DNA from: an uncultured Candidatus Saccharibacteria bacterium | GTDB taxonomy: Bacteria; Patescibacteriota; Minisyncoccia; Phycocordibacterales; UBA9973 | Assembly (NCBI GenBank): GCA_964527185.1 | Contig: CAZGOI010000001.1 | Location: 167,097-231,096 of the forward strand | Direction of reading: 5' to 3' | DNA: 64,000 nt | Shown: positions 28,965 to 36,589 of the stretch, in pieces | How positions within the stretch are numbered: position 1 is the stretch's first letter | Layout of the letters: each line of letters starts with the position of its first letter | The notes under the pieces: model-generated | Databases searched by the model: none | What the model was told of the DNA's origin: nothing | Seen by the model: the letters and a program-made list of their open reading frames with translations, nothing else | Position numbers and translations under genes: made by a program

Positions 28965-29336
28965 ATGATTCAAGACGGAACAGTAGTAAATATCACAGAC
29001 AACGCCGGCGGTAAAGTCGGCAAAGTATTCAAAGTACTCGGCGCTTCAAAGCGACGCTACGCTGGGATTGGCGACAAAGTTATCATCTCTGTTAAGGTCG
29101 CCGACCCGAGAAAGGCAGTCAAGAAAAAAGGAGTCCACCAAGCCGTTGTTGTTCGCACGGTCAAAGCCTATCGCAGAGACGATGGTTCATATATCAGATT
29201 CGACGACAACGCAGTCGTCATACTTGAAAAAGATAAGCTTGACCCAATCGGCGGCCGTGTCTTTGGCCCGATCCCGAGAGAGTTGGCTGAGCGCGGTTAT
29301 CAGAAAATTATTTCCCTAGCCCAAGAGGTTATTTAA
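28965..29336 (+). CDS. rplN: 50S ribosomal protein L14
   Basis: MIQ...DNAG, IRFDDNAVV, RVFGPIPREL. Confidence 0.97.
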   Translation: MIQDGTVVNITDNAGGKVGKVFKVLGASKRRYAGIGDKVIISVKVADPRKAVKKKGVHQAVVVRTVKAYRRDDGSYIRFDDNAVVILEKDKLDPIGGRVFGPIPRELAERGYQKIISLAQEVI

Positions 29337-29341
29337 ATTTT

Positions 29342-29560
29342 ATGAAGATCAAAAAAGGAGACAATGTAATAGTGCTTGCAGGCAACGACAAAGGCAAAAA
29401 AGGCAAAGTCATAAAGTCTATGCCGAAAGAGGGTAAAGTAATCGTCGAAGGCGTAAATATGATGAAAAAATCTCGCAAGGCCGAGAAGCGCGGCGAGCAA
29501 GGCCAAATACTTGAAAAGGCTATGCCGATTCATATTTCAAATATTGCTAAACACAGTTAA
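29342..29560 (+). CDS. rplX: 50S ribosomal protein L24 (short form)
   Basis: MKIKKGDNVIVLAGNDKGKKGKV, PIHISN. Confidence 0.94.
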   Translation: MKIKKGDNVIVLAGNDKGKKGKVIKSMPKEGKVIVEGVNMMKKSRKAEKRGEQGQILEKAMPIHISNIAKHS

Positions 29561-29568
29561 AAAATATT

Positions 29569-30108
29569 ATGGAAACAGTCAAACAAAAAGAAAAAAAATC
29601 ATTTGCTACCCTAAAGTCTAAATACGGCTACAAGGGTTCTATGGCTGCGCCTCGATTGGTCAAAGTTGTGGTTGCAACTGGCACGGGTACGGGAATAAAA
29701 AAAGACAAAGATCGCAACAAATTTGTTATGGACCGTTTAGCAAAAATTACTGGCCAAAAACCGGCAACTCGCGGTGCCAAAAAGTCTATCGCAAGCTTCA
29801 AAGTTCGCCTCGGTGACCCGATCGGCGTTATGGTCACCCTCCGCGGAGCTCGGATGTATGGCTTTCTAGACAAACTCATCAATGTTGCCATTCCTCGCAC
29901 AAAAGATTTTCGAGGTATCGAAAGAAAAGTCGTCGACAACATCGGCAACATGACCCTCGGCATCAAAGAACACACCATTTTCCCAGAAACAGCCGATGAA
30001 GACATCAAAGATATTTTTGGTCTGTCTGTTACTATTGTTTCGACAGCAAAAAACAAAGCCGAAGCCACAGACTTCTTTGAACTCCTAGGCGTACCATTTA
30101 AGAAATAA
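29569..30108 (+). CDS. rplE: 50S ribosomal protein L5
   Basis: ITGQKP, AKKSIASFKVR, VTLRG, PRTKDFRG. Confidence 0.97.
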   Translation: METVKQKEKKSFATLKSKYGYKGSMAAPRLVKVVVATGTGTGIKKDKDRNKFVMDRLAKITGQKPATRGAKKSIASFKVRLGDPIGVMVTLRGARMYGFLDKLINVAIPRTKDFRGIERKVVDNIGNMTLGIKEHTIFPETADEDIKDIFGLSVTIVSTAKNKAEATDFFELLGVPFKK

Positions 30109-30116
30109 AATTTCCC

Positions 30117-30171
30117 AAAAATCCCCACGAGGGGATTTTTGATTGACATAAGTTTAGCTGTCTGCTAGTAT
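30117..30171 (+). promoter_or_regulatory. Terminator plus internal sigma70 promoter splitting the spc operon before rpsN
   Basis: AAAATCCCC-N-GGGGATTTTT hairpin, then TTGACA(30143)-17-TAGTAT(30166). Confidence 0.65.
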
Positions 30172-30278
30172 AAGGGAAGTTCAATATTGGGTAGATCTGT
30201 GTTTCTCCTTAAGGTCTAGAACAAGATTTTAAGAACAAACACACGATATCGCTCGATTAGGAACTATTATTTTTATTT

Positions 30279-30464
30279 ATGGCAAAAACATCAGTTTTAG
30301 CGAGACATCGCAAAAAGTCTAAATTCTCAACTCGGGAAACAAACCGATGCTTTCGCTGCGGCCGTGGCCGCGCCTATATGAGAGATTTCGGCATTTGCCG
30401 TATCTGCTTCCGCGAACTTGCAAATGAGGGCGTGTTGCCGGGTGTTCGTAAATCTTCTTGGTAG
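30279..30464 (+). CDS. rpsN: 30S ribosomal protein S14, zinc-binding (type Z)
   Basis: 61 aa, RCFRCGR...CRICFRELA...GVRKSSW. Confidence 0.96.
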   Translation: MAKTSVLARHRKKSKFSTRETNRCFRCGRGRAYMRDFGICRICFRELANEGVLPGVRKSSW

Positions 30465-30495
30465 TTCAACCATTCTTACTATAAATATAAAAATT

Positions 30496-30882
30496 ATGGA
30501 TCAAATCGCAAACATGATGAATATGATAAAGACCGGCAATGTCGCAGGACATGAGTTTGTCACTGTGCCTTATTCAAAGATCAAAGAATCGATTGCCAAC
30601 TGTCTAGTCAAAGAAGGTTATCTTTCTTCTGTTACTAAAAAAGCCCAAAAAGGTTTCCCAGTCCTCGAGCTCGGCCTTTCATACAATAGTGGTTTGCCAA
30701 AAGTAAATGGTGTCGAGCGCGTTTCAAAATCTTCCCGTCGCGTTTATGCTGGAGTCAAAGACATCAGATCTACGCGAAATGGTTATGGTATTTCAATTTT
30801 AACTACACCAAAAGGAATTTTGACAGACAAACAAGCCCGCAAAGAATTAGTCGGTGGCGAAGTCCTATTTAAGCTTTGGTAA
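30496..30882 (+). CDS. rpsH: 30S ribosomal protein S8
   Basis: DQIANMMNMIK, RVSKSSRRVY, GISILTTPKGILT..ARKELVGGEV. Confidence 0.96.
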   Translation: MDQIANMMNMIKTGNVAGHEFVTVPYSKIKESIANCLVKEGYLSSVTKKAQKGFPVLELGLSYNSGLPKVNGVERVSKSSRRVYAGVKDIRSTRNGYGISILTTPKGILTDKQARKELVGGEVLFKLW

Positions 30883-30886
30883 TATT

Positions 30887-31423
30887 ATGTCTAGAATCGG
30901 CAAACAAAAAGTAATAGTTCCAAATGGTACCGAAGTCAAACTCGAAGGCACACTTTTTTCTGTCAAAGGCCCAAAGGGCACACTATCCCGCAACTTTCCT
31001 GGCGCAGTTTCAATAAAAATCGAAGGCAATCAAGTAACTTTTGTTCCGGCAATTTTAGGAGATAGAAAAGTCAATGCTCTTTGGGGGGCCTATGCCTCGC
31101 ATGTAAAAAATATGGTAGAAGGTGTAAACAATGGCTACGACAGGACTCTGGTACTTGAGGGTGTCGGCTACAAATCAGATGTTTCTGGCAACACACTCAA
31201 TCTGGCTCTCGGTTTTTCGCATGGAGTCAAGGTAACAATCCCAGAAGGAATTAAAGTTACTGCCGATAAAAATGTCATCAATATATCTGGTATAGACAAA
31301 GAACTCGTTGGCCAATTTTCGGCTGCAATCAGAGCTATGAAAAAACCAGAACCATACAAAGGAAAAGGTTTTCACTACACTACCGAGGTCGTTCGTCGCA
31401 AACAAGGCAAGAAAGCTGCATAA
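30887..31423 (+). CDS. rplF: 50S ribosomal protein L6
   Basis: MSRIGKQ, VKGPKG, GVGYK, PEPYKGKG. Confidence 0.97.
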   Translation: MSRIGKQKVIVPNGTEVKLEGTLFSVKGPKGTLSRNFPGAVSIKIEGNQVTFVPAILGDRKVNALWGAYASHVKNMVEGVNNGYDRTLVLEGVGYKSDVSGNTLNLALGFSHGVKVTIPEGIKVTADKNVINISGIDKELVGQFSAAIRAMKKPEPYKGKGFHYTTEVVRRKQGKKAA

Positions 31424-31429
31424 TAATAT

Positions 31430-31771
31430 ATGAACAAGAAACAAGAAAAGAGAATACGATTAAAGAAAAAAATTAGAACAAAAGTTTTTGGCACTGCCAA
31501 GCGACCGCGTCTATCTATTTTTCGCTCGAACCGATTTATCTATGCCCAGCTCGTAGATGACGAATTGCATAAAACATTGATTTCAGCCTCAGATGTTAAA
31601 ATATCAAAAGGTAAAAAAAGCGATCGAGCAAAAGATGTAGGTCAGGAACTCGCCAAAGAAGCAAAGGCAAAAAAGATAAAAAAAGTGGTTTTTGATCGCA
31701 ATGGGTTCAAATACAGTGGTCGCATCAAAGCCCTCGCTGACGCTGTCAGAGAAGCAGGTTTAGAATTTTAA
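31430..31771 (+). CDS. rplR: 50S ribosomal protein L18
   Basis: RPRLSIFRSN, VVFDRNGFKYSGRIKALADAVREAGLEF. Confidence 0.97.
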   Translation: MNKKQEKRIRLKKKIRTKVFGTAKRPRLSIFRSNRFIYAQLVDDELHKTLISASDVKISKGKKSDRAKDVGQELAKEAKAKKIKKVVFDRNGFKYSGRIKALADAVREAGLEF

Positions 31772-31781
31772 TTTCAAAAAT

Positions 31782-32393
31782 ATGGACGTACCAAAGAAAA
31801 ACAACAGAAATAGTGATGCAAAAAAAGAAGGAGACCGCAAACCGCGTGCTCACTTTGAACGACCAAAACCCGAGTTTGACCAAAAGATGGTCTCGATTAG
31901 GCGGGTAACTCGTGTCGTAGCTGGGGGTCGCCGTATGACCTTTGCCGTAGCACTTGCTATCGGTGACAAGAAAGGTTCTGTTGGCCTTGGTACTGGCAAG
32001 GGTGGCGATACATCTATCGCCATTGGTAAAGCACTTCGCCAAGCCAAAAAAAGTATGTTTAAAATTAAAACCACTAAATCAATGTCTATTCCGCACGAGG
32101 TCAGCGCAAAGTTTTCAAGTTCCAAGCTCATGATTATGCCAAACAAAGGCAAAGGTCTAGTTGCTGGCAGTACTGTTCGCGATATGCTAGCGCTCGCAGG
32201 ACTTAAAAACGTTACAGCCAAGCTTCACTCTGGTAGTAAAAATAAATTGAACAACGCTCGAGCTGCCTACAAGACTCTTTATATACTTCGTTCAAATACG
32301 ACTCCGGTTCCAGCAAAAATTATTACCGAAGTCATGACAGAAGACAAGGAAGTTGGAAAAGAAGTTGCCGAAGATAATAGTTCTAAAGAATAA
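31782..32393 (+). CDS. rpsE: 30S ribosomal protein S5
   Basis: IRRVTRVVAGGRR, VGLGTGK. Confidence 0.96.
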   Translation: MDVPKKNNRNSDAKKEGDRKPRAHFERPKPEFDQKMVSIRRVTRVVAGGRRMTFAVALAIGDKKGSVGLGTGKGGDTSIAIGKALRQAKKSMFKIKTTKSMSIPHEVSAKFSSSKLMIMPNKGKGLVAGSTVRDMLALAGLKNVTAKLHSGSKNKLNNARAAYKTLYILRSNTTPVPAKIITEVMTEDKEVGKEVAEDNSSKE

Positions 32394-32396
32394 TAT

Positions 32397-32825
32397 ATGC
32401 AAATACACGAAGTAAAAAGAAAAAATAAAAATAAAAAATCAAGGCTCGTCGGTCGTGGTGGCAAGCGTGGCAAAACTTCTGGTCGTGGTGGCAAGGGGCA
32501 GACAGCTCGTGCCGGAAACAAACGTCGACCACAAATGCGAGACATCATAAAAAAGCTGCCAAAACTTCGAGGCTATAGATTTAAATCGATTGAAAAAGTT
32601 TCTGCGCCGGTCAACCTTGGCTCACTAAGCGTTTTCAAAAAAGATGAAACCGTCAACCCAAAAACTCTTTTTGAAAAAGGCCTAGTTCGCAAAACCTCTG
32701 GCCTCCTTCCTCGTGTTAAAATACTAGGCGGGGGAGAAATCGATAAACCGCTCCTGTTTGAGGGCTGCAGTATCTCTCAAGCAGCCAAAACCAAGATCGA
32801 AAAATCTGGCGGGACGATAAAATAA
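32397..32825 (+). CDS. rplO: 50S ribosomal protein L15
   Basis: VGRGGKRGKTSGRGGKGQTAR, KLPKLRG. Confidence 0.95.
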   Translation: MQIHEVKRKNKNKKSRLVGRGGKRGKTSGRGGKGQTARAGNKRRPQMRDIIKKLPKLRGYRFKSIEKVSAPVNLGSLSVFKKDETVNPKTLFEKGLVRKTSGLLPRVKILGGGEIDKPLLFEGCSISQAAKTKIEKSGGTIK

Positions 32826-32826
32826 C

Positions 32827-34098
32827 ATGGATAAATTTTTCAGTAAAATAAAAACAATTTTTACCGACAAGACTTTACGCTCGCGGATACTTTTTGTGCT
32901 TTGCGCACTCGTCGTCTTTCGCATTCTTGCTATCATTCCGGTTCCAGGTATCGACAAGACCAAGCTCGATGCATTTTTAAATAACAACCAATTTCTAGGG
33001 GTCTTAAATATTTTCTCTGGTGGCGGCCTGTCACACCTGTCGATACTCATGCTCGGGGTTGGCCCATACATCACCGGTTCTATCATCATGCAACTCTTGA
33101 CCATCATGTCACCAAGACTCAAAGCAATGTATCAAGAAGACGGCGAAATTGGCCGCAAAAAATTTACTCAATACGGTCGCGTGCTGACGGTTCCACTTGC
33201 AATCATTCAAGGGCTCAGCCTCCTCATACTTTTGAGCAGGCAAGGAATACTCGGCAGTGTTACTCATTTTGAAATGGTGGCAAACGTTGCGGTCATCGTC
33301 GGTGGTTCGATGCTTCTAATGTGGATCGGCGAACTCATATCAGAATTTGGCATTGGCAATGGCGTCTCGCTCATAATCTTTGCCGGTATCGTAGCAAATA
33401 TTCCAAATGAACTCTCGCAATTCCTTTTCACTTTTGATAAAACAAATCTACCTACATATATTATGTTTCTAGCTATTGGCCTGCTCATCGTTGCAAGCGT
33501 TGTCGTCGTGACCGAAGCCGAGCGGCCGATACCTGTCACTTATGCCAAGCAGATTCACGGTGACAAAGTTTCTGGCGGTACACAGACGTATTTACCGCTC
33601 CGTGTAAATCAAGCCGGCGTCATCCCCATCATCTTTGCGCTTTCGATACTTCTTTTCCCGCAATTGATCGGCAACTTTTTAGCTGGTTCAAGCCACGCGG
33701 CGCTGGCTGCGATATCTCGAGGTTTGCTCTGGTTTGTAAATAATGTCTGGCTATACTCTCTGACATATTTCATTTTTGTTTTTCTATTTACATATTTCTA
33801 CACGGCCGTTACATTTGACCCCGATCAACTCTCAACAAATTTACAGAAAAATGGTGCCTTCATCCCCGGCATTCGCCCAGGCCAAGCGACGCGCGAATAT
33901 ATTTCAAAGATTTTAAATCGTATAACCCTTATGGGCGCGGTCTTCCTCGGCATCATCGCTGTCGTGCCGCTCATCATTCGGGCAGTCACCGGCATTACAT
34001 CGTTTGCTATTGGTGGAACGGCGCTCCTCATCGTTGTCTCCGTTGTGCTTGATCTTATAAAGAAAATGGAAGCCCAGCTCTCGATGCGCGAATATTAA
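32827..34098 (+). CDS. secY: Preprotein translocase subunit SecY
   Basis: LGVGPYITGSIIMQLL, GIGNGVSLIIF, IPGIRPG, GGTALLIVV. Confidence 0.98.
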   Translation: MDKFFSKIKTIFTDKTLRSRILFVLCALVVFRILAIIPVPGIDKTKLDAFLNNNQFLGVLNIFSGGGLSHLSILMLGVGPYITGSIIMQLLTIMSPRLKAMYQEDGEIGRKKFTQYGRVLTVPLAIIQGLSLLILLSRQGILGSVTHFEMVANVAVIVGGSMLLMWIGELISEFGIGNGVSLIIFAGIVANIPNELSQFLFTFDKTNLPTYIMFLAIGLLIVASVVVVTEAERPIPVTYAKQIHGDKVSGGTQTYLPLRVNQAGVIPIIFALSILLFPQLIGNFLAGSSHAALAAISRGLLWFVNNVWLYSLTYFIFVFLFTYFYTAVTFDPDQLSTNLQKNGAFIPGIRPGQATREYISKILNRITLMGAVFLGIIAVVPLIIRAVTGITSFAIGGTALLIVVSVVLDLIKKMEAQLSMREY

Positions 34099-34138
34099 AA
34101 AACTCGACGGAAGTCGAGTTTTTTAATATAATGGCCTT

Positions 34139-34732
34139 ATGAAGAAACCATATACATTTGTATTTTTTGGAGTTGTTGGCTCTGGCAAAGGAACCCAGAT
34201 AGAACTCTTGGAAAAATATATCAAAGACAAAGATATGGGCGCCAAAGTATTGACTATCTACCCAGGGGCCCTCTTTCGAGACCTAATCGGTGGTGGAACA
34301 TATACCGGCAAATTGGTTAAGGAAACATTAGATCAAGGTTGGCTACAGCCAAATTTTATAGCCATGGGTCTTTTTACTGAAAAACTCATATCATCGCTTG
34401 ATGAGCACACCAATCTAATCGTCGATGGCTTCCCGAGGACGGTCACCCAGTCAGAAGTTCTTGAAGCCGCTATGGATTTTTATAAAAGAGGCGACATTAA
34501 AATTATTTATATAAAAGTTGAAAAAGATGAAGCAGTCCACCGCATGAAGATGCGTGGCCGCAGCGATGACACCGACGAAGGCATAGAAAAACGCATGGAC
34601 GAATACATAAACAACGTTGTCCCAGCCATGATGTATTTTAAAGACAAAAGCAACTACACTATATATACGATCAACGGTGAGCAATCTATCGAAGACGTCC
34701 ACAGGGATCTAATCAAAGCGCTCGATCTCTAA
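34139..34732 (+). CDS. adk: Adenylate/nucleoside monophosphate kinase
   Basis: GVVGSGKGTQ P-loop, DGFPRT, RSDD; located after secY. Confidence 0.85.
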   Translation: MKKPYTFVFFGVVGSGKGTQIELLEKYIKDKDMGAKVLTIYPGALFRDLIGGGTYTGKLVKETLDQGWLQPNFIAMGLFTEKLISSLDEHTNLIVDGFPRTVTQSEVLEAAMDFYKRGDIKIIYIKVEKDEAVHRMKMRGRSDDTDEGIEKRMDEYINNVVPAMMYFKDKSNYTIYTINGEQSIEDVHRDLIKALDL

Positions 34733-34733
34733 T

Positions 34734-35420
34734 ATGCAAAGGGACAAAAACATTGTCATATCTCTCGGCGGTTCGCTCATCGTGCCGGGCGATATCGATA
34801 CTGTTTTTGTCAAAGATTTTGTCGAACTCGTATCTGTCTATGCGAAAGAAAATTTTCATTTTGTGATTATTACCGGCGGTGGGAAAATCTGCCGCAAATA
34901 CAACGAAGCGCTTGAAAAAATAATCACCCCGAGCCACGAAGACCTCGACTGGCTCGGCATCGCCATCACGCGAGCCAATGCCGAATTTGTGCGCATTGCT
35001 TTTGGCGACCTAGCCGATGAGAAAATTTCTCTCGACCCAGACCACTTAGAGAAAAAAGAAAAACCGATCAAGGTCGGCGGCGGCTGGCAACCCGGAAACT
35101 CGAGCGATTTGGCCGCTGTTCGATCGGCAAAAAGCGTTGGAGCAAAAAAAGTAATAAACCTTTCAAACATCGACTACGCCTATGATAAAGACCCGAAAGT
35201 TTTTCCTGATGCCAAAAAGATAGAGCAAACTTCTTGGGCCGATTTCCGAGCCATACTGCCGACAGAGTGGGACCCGGGCCTAAATGCACCCTTTGACCCT
35301 ATCGCTGCCCGCGAAGCAAGCGAGCTCGACCTCGAAGTAGCTATCATGAATGGCAAAAATATCGACAATCTAAAAAACTATCTCGATGGTAAACCTTTCA
35401 TCGGAACTGTTATAACATAA
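34734..35420 (+). CDS. pyrH: UMP kinase (archaeal-type)
   Basis: VISLGGSL, ITGGGKICR, DWLGIAITR, GGWQPGNSSD, PFDPIAA. Confidence 0.88.
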   Translation: MQRDKNIVISLGGSLIVPGDIDTVFVKDFVELVSVYAKENFHFVIITGGGKICRKYNEALEKIITPSHEDLDWLGIAITRANAEFVRIAFGDLADEKISLDPDHLEKKEKPIKVGGGWQPGNSSDLAAVRSAKSVGAKKVINLSNIDYAYDKDPKVFPDAKKIEQTSWADFRAILPTEWDPGLNAPFDPIAAREASELDLEVAIMNGKNIDNLKNYLDGKPFIGTVIT

Positions 35421-35465
35421 ACTGCTATTGTTTTTAATTTTTCTTTCATCTAATATAGGCCCTAC

Positions 35466-36233
35466 ATGGCGGTAATCATTAAAACTAAAGAGGAGATTGA
35501 AATACTGAGGGAAGGGGGGCATCGGCTCGCTTCTGTTTTGAAGAAAGTTGCCGCAAAAGTTGCTCCTGGTATTTCCACTTACGAGCTCGACCAATATGCA
35601 CATAAACTCATTAAAGAATTGGGCGACGAGCCAGCATTTTTGGGCTACAAACCAGAAGGGCAGAAATTCCCATACCCGGCGACGCTCTGCACTTCGGTCA
35701 ACGACGAAGTAGTGCACGGTATTCCAAACAAAAATAAAATTTTAAAAGAGGGCGACATCGTGTCGCTCGACCTTGGCCTCAAACACAAAGGCATGTTTAC
35801 CGACCACGCTGTGACGGTGGCCGTTGGGAAAATAAATAGCAATTCGCAAAAACTTCTGATCGATACCAAAGAAGCGCTCGAAGTCGGCATCGCAAATGCC
35901 CGCGCCGGCAAAACCGTCGGCGACATCGGTTACGCCATAGAGAAATTTGTCAATAAAAAATACGGCATAGTTCGCGACCTGGCTGGCCATGGAGTAGGCA
36001 AAAAAATTCACGAAGACCCATTTGTGCCAAACTTTGGCAAACCGGGCAAGGGCGAGAGGCTAGTTCCCGGCATGGTCATCGCTATCGAACCGATGCTTAA
36101 TTTGGGCGGTGCAAACGTCGTCACAATGCCGGACGGCTACACAATAAAAACCGCCGATGGTTCCCGCAGCGCGCATTTCGAGCATACAATTTTAATTACA
36201 GAAGATAATGCAGAAATTTTGACTACTATATAA
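35466..36233 (+). CDS. map: Type I methionine aminopeptidase
   Basis: SVNDEVVHGIP, GHGVG..IHEDP, AIEPM, SAHFEHT. Confidence 0.97.
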   Translation: MAVIIKTKEEIEILREGGHRLASVLKKVAAKVAPGISTYELDQYAHKLIKELGDEPAFLGYKPEGQKFPYPATLCTSVNDEVVHGIPNKNKILKEGDIVSLDLGLKHKGMFTDHAVTVAVGKINSNSQKLLIDTKEALEVGIANARAGKTVGDIGYAIEKFVNKKYGIVRDLAGHGVGKKIHEDPFVPNFGKPGKGERLVPGMVIAIEPMLNLGGANVVTMPDGYTIKTADGSRSAHFEHTILITEDNAEILTTI

Positions 36234-36288
36234 AAATCACGATATCGCTACCGTGATTTTTGCATAAATTTTTTTTGGGCCTCAGTTT

Positions 36289-36489
36289 TTAATTATGAGC
36301 AGATCTTCCTTTGTATTTTTTCAAAAGCTTTTTGAGAGTTTCTGAAACATATTTTAATTCAGGGGTAGAAAGCTCTAATTCTTCCCCTGAATATTGGCCA
36401 CTCTCTAATTTTTTCCTCTGGGTTACTAAGAGAATGAGTTTTCCTGTTTGTATGCAGATTATACGACTAAGAGTTTTTTCACTTGGCAT
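36289..36489 (-). CDS. Small hypothetical protein
   Basis: 66-aa ORF in an otherwise empty intergenic gap. Confidence 0.35.
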   Translation of the reverse strand: MPSEKTLSRIICIQTGKLILLVTQRKKLESGQYSGEELELSTPELKYVSETLKKLLKKYKGRSAHN

Positions 36490-36589
36490 AAACTATGTTT
36501 TTAAGTATTTTAAATTAATTTATACATTTGTCAAGTAAGCTTTAAATTTCAATATATTTTTCTATTTCTACATGTTACAATAGTCTACA

